Positions 1 through 10,325 of a DNA stretch of 64,000 bases are shown in pieces; positions within the stretch are counted from its first letter, which is position 1, and each line of letters begins with the position of its first letter. The stretch is from Thermoplasmatota archaeon (GTDB lineage Archaea; Thermoplasmatota; E2; DHVEG-1), in contig JAOZSQ010000004.1 in NCBI GenBank assembly GCA_029939595.1, forward strand, positions 1,872 through 65,871, given 5' to 3'. Both the position numbers and the translations under genes were made by a program. The notes below the pieces were generated by a model. It was not told where the DNA came from. It did no database searches and saw nothing but the letters and a program-made list of their open reading frames with translations.

Positions 1-177
1 AACTTCAATTGTTAAAGGACCATGAAATGGTTGTTTTGTTTTAACTGATACATATGTTCCATCATATATGCCCATTGCTTGTAATCTTTTCTTTATTTGA
101 TGACCGCCGTCTATTGATGTGATTTTTCCGGTTGTTTTTTTCTTCAATGACGATAGTGGTATTAGGTTGTCTTCCAT
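1..177 (-). CDS. feoA: FeoA ferrous iron transport protein A (partial, runs off window start; absent from ORF track)
   Basis: Manual translation from ATG at 177: MEDNLIPLSSLKKKTTGKITSIDGGHQIKKRLQAMGIYDGTYVSVKTKQPFHGPLTIEV. It shows the FeoA pattern RLxxMGIxxG...P..GP..I.V. Confidence 0.85.
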   Translation of the reverse strand, partial: MEDNLIPLSSLKKKTTGKITSIDGGHQIKKRLQAMGIYDGTYVSVKTKQPFHGPLTIEV

Positions 178-220
178 TTTTTCCCTTGTTGTTTTTCTTT
201 TATGTAATTGTGCTTAAGGG

Positions 221-229
221 TTTATATAA
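221..229 (-). promoter_or_regulatory. Putative archaeal TATA box for feoA
   Basis: TTATATAAA on the minus strand about 45 nt upstream of the feoA ATG; position and consensus only. Confidence 0.4.
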
Positions 230-319
230 TTTTTGTAGTCCTAAAATCATTAGGCTAACCAAAATTTTATTATTTAATGTCAGAGATTCAAAAAAAAACT
301 ATACTCGATTTAGACTTTC

Positions 320-1525
320 TTAGATTGAAAGAGAACGTTCAGCAACATACAGATTAACGCCGACATGTTTCCAGCAATAATCAAATACTACGTTTGGGTC
401 CATCGGAACCCTTTCTTTACACAATTCCATTGTAAAAGAAAGAATGCCTCTCTCCCCATATAGCCAATTTTCACTTGTACCAATCGTACCACTTAAACGA
501 GGTAAAAGATACTCTTTTCCACTCCAACCATGAGTTAAAAGACGATACGAATTAATCTGAGAGATATTCTCCCCAATTGATACAAATAGCTCTTCATCAG
601 GAACATCTAAGCTGGAATGAGTCCAAGGAAACATAATAACCTCACTATATGAATGATAAGAGAGCGATATTTTGATAGAATCGTGGTTTATGACAAAATC
701 AGAAACGGCTCTTGTCTCATTTTCAGAAAATGGAAATTCTCCTCGATAATTCCAACTTTTATCATTTAGGATAAATGGAAGCATATAGCTCAAAGGTAAA
801 ACATAAGGAAGATACCATTTATAACCGTAATTCCGGTTCAAATCCACTCCATAAGATGTAATTTCATCTTTGTTACCAAATGAACCATAATTTGGTGCAT
901 GATTTTTTCTCCAATTATACTCAACACCATCAGGATTAACCATTGGTATAACAAAGATTTCAGATTCATCAACTATTTCTTTCAAACGCTGTTCAGAAGG
1001 ATCTTCATCAATTAATCCATCATTATCATTGTCAATTCCGTCAAACATATCTTCATTAATCAACCCATCACCATCATTATCATAATCATCTAAGCCATAT
1101 GTTTCAAGAATGTAATTAATGAAAAAAATTAAAGATTCATATGAAGGTTTTTCATTCCCATGATGTGCACCCATTAACAATATTGCGGGTTCACCTTCAT
1201 TTTCCAAAGGATTGTCAGAAATTTTCATCAACCATATTGATCGTCCTTCATATGTTTTTCCAATAGAGATCATCTGAGAAATCTCTGTGTGGTTATTGTA
1301 AAGAGACCATAATTCTGAGGTCATAGATTGATAATCATGATATTGATATTCATCATTCAACTGACTTTGATGATTGATTATTGAAAATGGTATTGCATTT
1401 ACAAAAGCGCTAATCAATAAAATAAAAATAATTCCACAGATCTGGATTTTATATATCAATTTTACATTATTAAACATCTTGTAATCAGGATTATAATTCA
1501 TATTATATAATATTACTCCAAACAA
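320..1525 (-). CDS. Secreted M14 zinc carboxypeptidase with acidic Ca/metal-binding insertion (true start may be 1501 or 1477)
   Basis: HHGNE zinc motif, NPDG, DLNRNY, SYHSY and FTMEL; N-terminal hydrophobic signal; DNDGDGLINED/DGIDNDNDGLIDED insertion. Confidence 0.85.
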   Translation of the reverse strand: MFGVILYNMNYNPDYKMFNNVKLIYKIQICGIIFILLISAFVNAIPFSIINHQSQLNDEYQYHDYQSMTSELWSLYNNHTEISQMISIGKTYEGRSIWLMKISDNPLENEGEPAILLMGAHHGNEKPSYESLIFFINYILETYGLDDYDNDGDGLINEDMFDGIDNDNDGLIDEDPSEQRLKEIVDESEIFVIPMVNPDGVEYNWRKNHAPNYGSFGNKDEITSYGVDLNRNYGYKWYLPYVLPLSYMLPFILNDKSWNYRGEFPFSENETRAVSDFVINHDSIKISLSYHSYSEVIMFPWTHSSLDVPDEELFVSIGENISQINSYRLLTHGWSGKEYLLPRLSGTIGTSENWLYGERGILSFTMELCKERVPMDPNVVFDYCWKHVGVNLYVAERSLSI

Positions 1526-1624
1526 TTATTTTTTTGGATTCAATCAAAACATGAATAATATATTATTATTAAATAAAATAGAAACAATAAGTTTTTTAGT
1601 AATTAATCGTATCCGCGGAATGAT

Positions 1625-1855
1625 ATGTGTCTTGCAATCCCTGGAAAAATTGTAGAAATCGATAAAAAAAATCAAATCGCCCTCGTTGACTATGGAGATA
1701 ATACAAAGAGAAAAGCAAATATCTCACTTGTGGATGTAAAAGTAGGCCAATATGTTTTAGTTCATGCAGGGTTTGCAATACAGATCCTTGATCCAAAAGA
1801 TGCAAAAGAAACTCTGGAATTGTTTAAAGAAATGCTTTCACAAGAGGGGATTTAG
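1625..1855 (+). CDS. hypC: [NiFe]-hydrogenase maturation chaperone HypC
   Basis: MCLAIPGKIV N-terminus, VGQYVLVHAGFAI; 76 aa. Confidence 0.95.
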   Translation: MCLAIPGKIVEIDKKNQIALVDYGDNTKRKANISLVDVKVGQYVLVHAGFAIQILDPKDAKETLELFKEMLSQEGI

Positions 1856-1858
1856 TCT

Positions 1859-2938
1859 GTGTTTTCACTTCACGATAAACAATTAAGCAAAAAAATTGTT
1901 CAGCAACTAAAAGAAAAAGAAATTTCCTATAAATTTATGCATGTTTGTGGAACCCATCAAGATACATTGATGAAACATGGTCTTGACACGCTTTTAAAAT
2001 CCTGTGGAATTGAAATTATTCAGGGTCCTGGCTGTCCTGTATGTGTTACAACACCAAAGGAAATCGAGGAAATGATTCTTCTTGGATTAAAAGGAAAAAC
2101 AATTACTACATTTGGAGACATGCTTCAAGTACCCGGAGAAAATCACTCACTTTCATATCTTAGAACAGAAGGATGTGACATTAAAACAGTTTATAGTATT
2201 GAAGATGCAGTTGATTTTGCAAAACAAAATAAAAGCAAAGAAGTTGTTTTCATGGCCGTTGGTTTTGAAACAACAGCTCCAACAACTGCAAGCGTCATCT
2301 TAAATGAACCACCAGAAAACTTTTCTATACTCTGTTGTCATAGGACTATTCCTAATGCGTTGAAAACAATTGTGGAAATGGGTGAAATCCGTATCAATGG
2401 ACTCATTGAACCAGGTCATGTGTCTGCAATTATTGGAACAGAACCATATGCTTTTTTATCAAAAAAATACCACATTCCTCAAGTTATTACAGGTTTCGAT
2501 CCAATGGATATACTCATGGCCGTTTGGATGCTAGCTAAACAGATAGAAAAAGATGAGCCATATGTACAAAATGAGTACAAAAGAGTGGTTTCAAAAGAGG
2601 GTAATAAAAAGGCAAGTTCAATGCTTGATGATGTTTTTAAACTCGTTGATATGTCTTGGAGAGGTTTTCCGGTTATCACTAAATCTGGTTTGACATTAAA
2701 GAATCAGTTTGAATCTTATGATGCTCGAAAGAAATTCGAAGATATATTAGAACCATTAAAAACTAAAAAATTTACAGAACCAAAAGGCTGTCGTTGTGGA
2801 GAACTTCTTAGAGGACTGATAACCTCAAAAGATTGTCCATTATTTGGAACGATATGCACTCCTCAAAAACCTGTGGGTCCTTGTATGGTAAGTGTTGAAG
2901 GAAGCTGCAATATATTCTATAAATACGATGAAAAGTAG
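1859..2938 (+). CDS. hypD: Hydrogenase maturation protein HypD
   Basis: MHVCGTH, GPGCPVCVT, GFETTAP, PGHVS, CRCG..C..FG..CTP..PVGPCMVS.EGSC; directly follows hypC. Confidence 0.95.
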   Translation: MFSLHDKQLSKKIVQQLKEKEISYKFMHVCGTHQDTLMKHGLDTLLKSCGIEIIQGPGCPVCVTTPKEIEEMILLGLKGKTITTFGDMLQVPGENHSLSYLRTEGCDIKTVYSIEDAVDFAKQNKSKEVVFMAVGFETTAPTTASVILNEPPENFSILCCHRTIPNALKTIVEMGEIRINGLIEPGHVSAIIGTEPYAFLSKKYHIPQVITGFDPMDILMAVWMLAKQIEKDEPYVQNEYKRVVSKEGNKKASSMLDDVFKLVDMSWRGFPVITKSGLTLKNQFESYDARKKFEDILEPLKTKKFTEPKGCRCGELLRGLITSKDCPLFGTICTPQKPVGPCMVSVEGSCNIFYKYDEK

Positions 2939-3018
2939 AAAAATATAGGAAACATACTTATATGCCAAAATTATTTTTAATATTGAAAGAAAAAAACAAT
3001 TGAATTGAAGGCATAAAT

Positions 3019-3531
3019 ATGGCAGCTGACCTCAGTAAAAAGAAAGAACATGATCGCAAGCGAACGGAATGGAGAAAAACTCATCGTGCGTTAAATGGTA
3101 AAATTATTCTTTACCCAGAAAAACCACCAGAACACATTAATGCTCGCGGGAATAAAATTTTTAATTGGTTTTGGAAAAACATACTTCTCCCTACAAACAT
3201 GCATGATATTCCAGCAATTATCTCTTCAATAAAACAACAAATTCGAAATGAAAAAGATAAACATAAAATCAAAAAACTTCGAACTATGATTGCAATGGCA
3301 GATGATGCGTATCAGCTGAAACAGATCGAAAACATTGAAACATATGATGGAGAGCTTCAATTAACAAGTTCAGGACCTTACAATACAGGTAAAGGAATTA
3401 TTTATCAGAGTGGGGGGTACATCACGACAGATTTTTCTGAAGATGAGGACAAAATCATCATGAGAGACATGGATGGTGTGATTATTGATGTTTTTTATGG
3501 TGATGAAATTGAAAAGAATGGTGGAAAATAA
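3019..3531 (+). CDS. Hypothetical protein (basic N-terminus, acidic C-terminus)
   Basis: 170-aa open frame between two real genes with upstream GAAGG; no family recognised. Confidence 0.6.
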   Translation: MAADLSKKKEHDRKRTEWRKTHRALNGKIILYPEKPPEHINARGNKIFNWFWKNILLPTNMHDIPAIISSIKQQIRNEKDKHKIKKLRTMIAMADDAYQLKQIENIETYDGELQLTSSGPYNTGKGIIYQSGGYITTDFSEDEDKIIMRDMDGVIIDVFYGDEIEKNGGK

Positions 3532-3654
3532 ATAGATGCATCTTTATTTTCAACGATAGAAAAATATTCATCATTTTTCAAAATGCACAAATAGTTGATA
3601 TTGAATATAGAAAAATATGCGGTATGAATTATTGAACGGCATATTGGTGTAATC

Positions 3655-5028
3655 ATGCAAGAAATTTTTCCATTTGAAACGATGCTAGTGATTTCCAGCC
3701 TTGCAGTATTCCTTTTATTGGGGGTTGTTTTAAGGGCGAAAATATCTTTTTTCCAGCGATTTCTCATTCCAAGCTGCCTTATAGGTGGGCTTATATTAAT
3801 GATTTTTATAAATCTCAAAGTTATTGTTTTATCTCATTCTACACTTGAAATCCTTGTATATCATCTATTCAATCTTTCATTTATCTCAGTTGGTTTAACG
3901 CCTGTGAGTAAATCCTTAGAACAAAAACATGGAAAATCTAGGATTAATGGGGCACTTGGAATGGGATTAATTCAAGGGGTTATATTCCCTATTCAAGCAA
4001 TCATTGGTGGTTTAATTACACTGTTATTTATCTATGCAGGTTTTGAACTTTTTTCAACATTTGGTTTTTTTGCACCACTTGGTTTCATTGAAGGCCCAGG
4101 TCAAGCCCTTTCAATGGGTCAAACTTGGGAACAGATATCTGCAACAATTTATACAAATGCAACAACTGTTGGATTGACATTTGCAGCAATTGGATTCTTT
4201 TTTTCATTTTTTGTTGGTGTTCCATTGGTTAATTGGGGTATTAAAAAAGGACTTTCAGATCAGACCCCTAAAATTCTTCCAACTGATTTTGTCAAAGGAA
4301 TAATATCAAAAAATCAAGAGAAAAAACCGGCAGGATTTGAAACAACACATCCTGCTAATATTGATGCATTATCCTTTCATTTCACACTTGTTGGACTTAC
4401 ATTTCTTATCACATATGGATTTATAAAAATTATAACTGAGTATTTACCCGATGATATTGCAAAAATGATATGGGGATTTTTCTTTTTCTTTGGTATCGTT
4501 TTTGCTTTATTGATCAAAGGTATTATGAAAAAATTCAATATGATTCATCTTATTGATAGAGAAATTCAAAAAAGAATTACAGGATGGTCAGTTGATTTTT
4601 TACTTGTTGCAACCATTGCTGCTATTCAGGTTGCTGTCATCTGGAAATATCTTCTCCCTATTTCAATAATATCTGCATTAACTGGAACTATCTCTCTTTT
4701 TGTTGTCGTCTTCATCGGTAAACGAATTTGGAAGGAGTATGCATTTGAGCGAACTGCAGGGATTTTTGGAACGGTTACAGGAACTGTACCTAGTGGATTA
4801 TTACTAGTAAGAATACTAGATCCAGATTTTAAGACACCTGCGGCTATTGACCTTGGGCTGACAAGTATTTTTGCAGCTCCTTTTATTCTTGTAGGTATGT
4901 TACTAGTTAATGCACCTGTACTTTGGGGTTGGAGTGTTCAGCAAACCTTAATCGCTTTTTTAGTTATGATGATGATTGCACTGGCTTTGATGAAAGTTTT
5001 TAGATTATGGGGAAAACCTCAATATTGA
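3655..5028 (+). CDS. gltS: Sodium/glutamate symporter (GltS family)
   Basis: Multi-TM protein; FLIPSCLIGG, GFIEGPGQALSMG, GTVTGTVPSGLLL.R..DP re-entrant motifs. Confidence 0.75.
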   Translation: MQEIFPFETMLVISSLAVFLLLGVVLRAKISFFQRFLIPSCLIGGLILMIFINLKVIVLSHSTLEILVYHLFNLSFISVGLTPVSKSLEQKHGKSRINGALGMGLIQGVIFPIQAIIGGLITLLFIYAGFELFSTFGFFAPLGFIEGPGQALSMGQTWEQISATIYTNATTVGLTFAAIGFFFSFFVGVPLVNWGIKKGLSDQTPKILPTDFVKGIISKNQEKKPAGFETTHPANIDALSFHFTLVGLTFLITYGFIKIITEYLPDDIAKMIWGFFFFFGIVFALLIKGIMKKFNMIHLIDREIQKRITGWSVDFLLVATIAAIQVAVIWKYLLPISIISALTGTISLFVVVFIGKRIWKEYAFERTAGIFGTVTGTVPSGLLLVRILDPDFKTPAAIDLGLTSIFAAPFILVGMLLVNAPVLWGWSVQQTLIAFLVMMMIALALMKVFRLWGKPQY

Positions 5029-5059
5029 ACTAAAAAAATCTAAGAATATGTGGTATACA

Positions 5060-5863
5060 TCAGCATTCAGTTGTATCTAAAATATCTGGATTAAGTAAAC
5101 GCTGCTCAACACCATCTTTAAATTTACCAATCTTGTCTGCTTCCATGATTCGATGATCAAAGGTACCACTTACTGGAAGCATTGGACGAATGGTTATTTT
5201 CCCATCGATTACAACGGGTTTTTCTTTAATGGCACCCATTGCTAGGGTTGCTGGAAGATTTGCTATGGGAAACAAGGCCATATATCCGTTTGATAAACCA
5301 AAAACACCAATATTTGAAAGAGAGATACTTCCAAAAGGATTACTTTTTAATTTAATAAAAGGTATTTTAAATCCATTGTCAAAAAGCCACCATTTGATAA
5401 ATTTTACAACTAGGCTTCTAAAAGGCCAAGGAATTTTACCTATGGAATCTTTAATGTTAAACGAATTTTTATCGCCTGATTTTGTTTTTTCAAGTTTTTT
5501 TCTTTGGTATTCAGCAATTTCAGTTATTGTCATGGTTTCTGCTTTTGGAATTACTAAACCTGTTATACTTTTTCCTTTTGTTGCAACTGCAAGGAATACA
5601 TCAACATGTTCTCTTTGTATTAATTTACCTCTTCGAATAAAACAATTCACTTCGGGAACATCAAGATATAATGCACGAGCAATTGCAGAAGTTACGACAT
5701 TTGTTACAGTTACTCTTGTTCCTTTTTGTTTCTTTTCATCGATAAATTTTAACAAATTTGTGGCATCAACTTCGTAAGTTCCATATACTTTTCCATCTTG
5801 GGGTGGTTTATAGATTGCAATCGCTGTTTTTCTCCAATTGGAAGTATTAATTTTTTTTACCAT
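5060..5863 (-). CDS. Stand-alone 2-oxoacid dehydrogenase E2-type acyltransferase catalytic domain (no lipoyl or E3-binding domain)
   Basis: GSISLSNIG and TFDHRIMEAD (cf. DHRxxDG); LAMGAIKEKPVV; only 267 aa. Confidence 0.8.
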   Translation of the reverse strand: MVKKINTSNWRKTAIAIYKPPQDGKVYGTYEVDATNLLKFIDEKKQKGTRVTVTNVVTSAIARALYLDVPEVNCFIRRGKLIQREHVDVFLAVATKGKSITGLVIPKAETMTITEIAEYQRKKLEKTKSGDKNSFNIKDSIGKIPWPFRSLVVKFIKWWLFDNGFKIPFIKLKSNPFGSISLSNIGVFGLSNGYMALFPIANLPATLAMGAIKEKPVVIDGKITIRPMLPVSGTFDHRIMEADKIGKFKDGVEQRLLNPDILDTTEC

Positions 5864-6035
5864 TCTTTTTTCATTTTGATGTATAGAACAATAATAAAAA
5901 AAGTCTTTGATACTATATTTTTTTCAATAGTCAAGTTTTTTCAAAAAAACAAGTAAATAAGAATTATTATGGACTGTTACCAATTTTTAAGTAACTATGC
6001 AAGAGTAAATAAATTATAATTAACAATGGTTAATA

Positions 6036-6123
6036 TGGTACAGGTCAGAGGGAACTTCGATTTATAATGTATCCCATTACTATCCCTTTTGATATACTAA
6101 TAAAAAACCTTTGAACTGTACCA
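6036..6123. repeat. 88-bp element bounded by imperfect 16-bp inverted repeats (MITE-like or hairpin)
   Basis: TGGTACAGGTCAGAGG (6036-6051) vs CCTTTGAACTGTACCA (6108-6123): 14/16 reverse-complement match, within a ~0.9 kb gene-free gap. Confidence 0.5.
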
Positions 6124-6799
6124 CCATCCCTCCGATATTTGATTTTAATATTAATGAAATAATGGAATATTATTACATTTCAATTTTAAAAAGAATAGTT
6201 CATACGTTTAAATACGCCTGTTCATCATCCAGAATGCTTATTTATCGAAAAAATTATCTTTTCTAATTTTTTCCTTCATTATTGATCACTCCACCTAATT
6301 TATACTTCATTTTTCCACATTCTAATATACAAAATAAAATTACATTATTCTTTCATTATTTTTCTACTAATCTCAATACTTTCACTAACCCCTTTAAATG
6401 ATATTTAAACAATAAACAACGATACCATTATTAGAAAGACGATAAATCCGGGGGAAATCGCCAGAGAGGGTGCATCCCTATATCTCCTTACCTGGCCTTT
6501 CTGCCAATTTTTAATGCATATCTTGTTTTTTCACCATTGTTATTTTCATCTAACGTATAAGAAGAAAAAGTAGGTAATAGAAATTATCGCCAACATATAT
6601 TATCTTGAGGGAAGCGGAATTTTTTTTAATTAATTTATTGATGAATGGATTAAATCAGTTTTCTATAAAATATTCAATCATATAAAACTGGTTTGATTAT
6701 CTTCTAAAAAAAGATCATATATAGATAAAATAAGACAATGTTTATATAATCAATTCATCATCTTTTTTTCAATTAATAAAATTAGGGAGACAAGAAATT

Positions 6800-9133
6800 A
6801 TGAAAAAGAAAATTCTTACAATTACAATAATTGGAATGCTTATACTTACTTTCTGTATTTCAATAAATGCAACAAGCAATAATGAGTCAATGAAAAATAA
6901 AGAGATAAACATCAAGTATAATTTTTCCAAACCAATAATTGATTCAATTCAAGTAAACGGAAAAACATTTGATACAATCGAAATGAAAGGTCTTGAAAAT
7001 ATTGGAAAAATAGATGAACCAAACCTTCCAATAAAAGGCGCATATATTTTAATTCCAATGGATTCAGAAGTTAAAGATATAACCGTTACAGGGCATAAAA
7101 CTGAGTTAAGTGGTAAATATAATATTAACCTGGTTAGAAAAACTGACATGACTTATGATCCAATAAATATCTATGAAAAAAATCAATTATATCCTGAAAA
7201 TATCTATGAGAAAATTGATGTATTCAGTTTTAGAGGGTACAACATTCTTGTTTTAAATATTCATCCAGTACAGTACTCACCAGAAAGCGGACAAATCTTT
7301 TACTATGGCTCTATTGAAATATCAATAGAACTTAGTACAACATCTGTTGATAAACAATATTTAAGATTTTTAGAAAAAGATGAAGAAACATTATTAAAAA
7401 TTATTGATAACCCAGAAGTAGTATCTTCATATCACAATCAAGAATCAAATATTGACACATCCGCCTCAGATATGGATCTGCTCATAATTACAAAAGATGA
7501 ATTTAAATCCGGTTTTCAAACCTTATCAGATTTTCATAACAACAGAGGGCTAGAAACTATGATAACAACGCTTTCTGAATTTGATTCAAATACTCCCGAA
7601 GACATAAAAAACTACATCGAATCAACATATAATTCATTTGGAATAGAATATGTATTATTAGGGGCAGATGTCCCTGAAATTCCTGTTAATTACATGGAAG
7701 CTTACAATCCAGCTCTTAAAAAATATGAACTCATCCCTAGTGATCAATGGTATGGAAATGTCGATGGAGATCTAATTCCTGAAATAGCTGTAGGTCGAGC
7801 ATGTGTAGATGATATTAATGATGTCTCCAATTTTGTCTCAAAAACAATTAGCTACATTAATGACAGCTCAGTTGAAACATATGATAAATGTTTAATGGTA
7901 GGACAAAAACTCATGCCATTAACATTTGGTGGGGCATATATGGACGAGCTGATTAATAACTGTGACAAAAATGATTATTCTACAAAAGGAATCCCTGAAA
8001 TTCGATATCATATCGATAAACTCTATGAAAAATATTATACATGGGAGCAATCAGAACTAGTAGAAAATATTAATGAGAATAATTATAATTTTATCAATCA
8101 TCTAGGACATGGAAATTTTTATCATATCATGAAACTTGATGAACCATTTCAAAGAATGGATAATGGCGATCTTGTAACTAGTCATGATGTAACTGATCTA
8201 TTAAAAAATAGTAAACCATTTTTCCTGTACAGTCAAGCTTGTTATTCTGGTTCATTTGATAATAAAGATGATGAAAACAGAACATATGAAGAGGATTGTA
8301 TTGGTGAATATCTCACTGTTAAAACAGAAAATGCAGCGTTTGCAGCGATAATGAACAGTCGTTATGGATTAGGAGCTTTTTTGCTTACAATGGGCCCTAA
8401 TCAATTTTTTAATAGGGAGTTTTGGGATTCTGTTTTTGAAGATAATGTATTAGAGATTGGTATGGCAAATCAATTATCAAAAATTAAAAATATCAACAGA
8501 ATCGCGGCTTATCCTGAACTTGCTCTTGATTATTGCTATTGGGAAATAACTCTTTTAGGAGATCCAACCGTGGCAATTAAAGTCCCAAGTGAAAAATATC
8601 CACATCAACCCGCTCAAGCAACTTTTACAGGGATAAATAAGACCGGCCGAAACCTAATTTTTTCAAGTGTTAGCAATGATCCAGGTGAAGATATACTTTA
8701 TTATTTCTTTGACTGGGGCGATGGAACAAACACTGGCTGGTTTGGACCATTTGATGGAGCTGAAACAGTTGAAGAAAAACATGCTTGGGAAGATGAAGGA
8801 AGTTATCTAGTTAGAGTAAAAGTAAAAAATTCTGGCGGATATGAAAGTCAATGGTCTGAACCAACAAAAATATCAGTTTCAAAAATAAAAAACAAAGCAA
8901 TCGATAATCCATTGCAATATGGTGGTTATTTTATATTTGGATTTATGGGGCTGATTAATCCTGAGGAAAGTTACAGTGAATTTGAGGTGGTATCATTTGT
9001 TTTACTTAGGGGAAATGGGGAGACAATTCAATTAAATCAGGGAGAAATGATCCAAATACAAGGATCAAGGTTTTGCATTAGTTTGAATAATTTCTTTATT
9101 GGCCTTATTGGTGATTATTCAATAATTGGTTAA
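6800..9133 (+). CDS. Secreted gingipain-like cysteine peptidase (C25) with propeptide and PKD-like domain
   Basis: Signal peptide, C25 propeptide region, YVLLGAD, VGR, catalytic NHLGHG and SQACYSG, LLGDP; DWGDG PKD-like module. Confidence 0.9.
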   Translation: MKKKILTITIIGMLILTFCISINATSNNESMKNKEINIKYNFSKPIIDSIQVNGKTFDTIEMKGLENIGKIDEPNLPIKGAYILIPMDSEVKDITVTGHKTELSGKYNINLVRKTDMTYDPINIYEKNQLYPENIYEKIDVFSFRGYNILVLNIHPVQYSPESGQIFYYGSIEISIELSTTSVDKQYLRFLEKDEETLLKIIDNPEVVSSYHNQESNIDTSASDMDLLIITKDEFKSGFQTLSDFHNNRGLETMITTLSEFDSNTPEDIKNYIESTYNSFGIEYVLLGADVPEIPVNYMEAYNPALKKYELIPSDQWYGNVDGDLIPEIAVGRACVDDINDVSNFVSKTISYINDSSVETYDKCLMVGQKLMPLTFGGAYMDELINNCDKNDYSTKGIPEIRYHIDKLYEKYYTWEQSELVENINENNYNFINHLGHGNFYHIMKLDEPFQRMDNGDLVTSHDVTDLLKNSKPFFLYSQACYSGSFDNKDDENRTYEEDCIGEYLTVKTENAAFAAIMNSRYGLGAFLLTMGPNQFFNREFWDSVFEDNVLEIGMANQLSKIKNINRIAAYPELALDYCYWEITLLGDPTVAIKVPSEKYPHQPAQATFTGINKTGRNLIFSSVSNDPGEDILYYFFDWGDGTNTGWFGPFDGAETVEEKHAWEDEGSYLVRVKVKNSGGYESQWSEPTKISVSKIKNKAIDNPLQYGGYFIFGFMGLINPEESYSEFEVVSFVLLRGNGETIQLNQGEMIQIQGSRFCISLNNFFIGLIGDYSIIG

Positions 9134-9187
9134 GGATTTACATAATCCTTTTCAATTTTTTTTTTTATTGTTTGAAAATATTGAATT

Positions 9188-9973
9188 TTATAGGATTTTT
9201 TTCCTTACAAAAAAGATACAGATTGTAACAAAAAGTGAAATAACATATGCAATTATTGATCCAACAATTATGTCATATATTGGATAAAGTAAATGTATCA
9301 AGGTTGCATATGTTGCAACACTTGATAAACCAAGTACCATTGATTTTGCCATCCCTGCTGCAAAATCTGGCCCATGTTCTTTAACTGAAATTAACATTGT
9401 TGATGAAAGAATCGCAGGGAAAACAGAAAAAATACCACTGATGATACTACCAACATTTGCTAAAAACACTGCAATAACGATTACAATACCTGCAAGAAAT
9501 CCACGAAATATTATTTTTTGTGCAGTGTAATGAATTTTAACTTTTCCTATTGAAGGAATTTTCACTATTTTTTCAAGAAATAAAAATACAATCAAAACAC
9601 TTGAAAGATATAAAAGAATAGATACAATAATGTAATCTATTTGAAATATAACTAGCAATGATGATAAAGAAGCCCATACAATAAATGAAACAATAAATGC
9701 AAGTATAGTTGAACGATGAACAAGCAATGAAAAAACAAATAAAAAAATAACATTAACGCTCAATTCAGCAGGTACAACAGCTGCTGCGTCTGACGCAAAA
9801 TCAGTTCCCTTAGAGTATGCAATAAATACAAATGCAACAACAATTGTTGATGGAATTGTCCCTAAAATACCTCCTGCTTTTGAACCATAATTTTCAGCAA
9901 TATACATAACAATAATGACAACAAGTGCAGATAGAATAAATGGAATGAATACTTGAAAAAGTAAGGAATTCAT
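9188..9973 (-). CDS. Multi-pass membrane protein (DUF3147-like, internally duplicated)
   Basis: Two halves with GGILGTIP and SGIFSVFP motifs; about 8 TM segments. Confidence 0.6.
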   Translation of the reverse strand: MNSLLFQVFIPFILSALVVIIVMYIAENYGSKAGGILGTIPSTIVVAFVFIAYSKGTDFASDAAAVVPAELSVNVIFLFVFSLLVHRSTILAFIVSFIVWASLSSLLVIFQIDYIIVSILLYLSSVLIVFLFLEKIVKIPSIGKVKIHYTAQKIIFRGFLAGIVIVIAVFLANVGSIISGIFSVFPAILSSTMLISVKEHGPDFAAGMAKSMVLGLSSVATYATLIHLLYPIYDIIVGSIIAYVISLFVTICIFFVRKKIL

Positions 9974-10040
9974 TAGGTGGTGTCATATATTTTACATTCA
10001 AAAACCATTTGGAAAAAAATAAATTTGTGAATGTATTTAT

Positions 10041-10325
10041 TTACTTTTTTTCTGGTAAAGATTGCTTATCAATTTTTTTTTGCGCAAGTGTATTTGTAAT
10101 TGTGAAATAAAGATATACTGCTCCAAGTTCTAAAGCAAAAATTAGAAGGAACCAACCAAATGTTTTCCCAATCTTCAACCAGCTATTAATATTTGTTATA
10201 TCTAGATTGTTTAAATTATTCATTATCAAAATAGATCCAAAAAAAGGAATGAACATTCCAATAATGACTATTATAAGAATAATTGCTAGATCTTGGTTTT
10301 TCCCCATGAACGTCCAATAATACAA
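10041..10325 (-). CDS. Small 2-TM membrane protein
   Basis: Two hydrophobic helices and a basic tail; start may be 10307. Confidence 0.55.
   Translation of the reverse strand: MYYWTFMGKNQDLAIILIIVIIGMFIPFFGSILIMNNLNNLDITNINSWLKIGKTFGWFLLIFALELGAVYLYFTITNTLAQKKIDKQSLPEKK

Noticed and set aside
1625-2938. hypCD without hypE/F/A/B as an unusual system
   Set aside because: Scattered hyp genes are common in archaea, and the remainder may lie outside the window.
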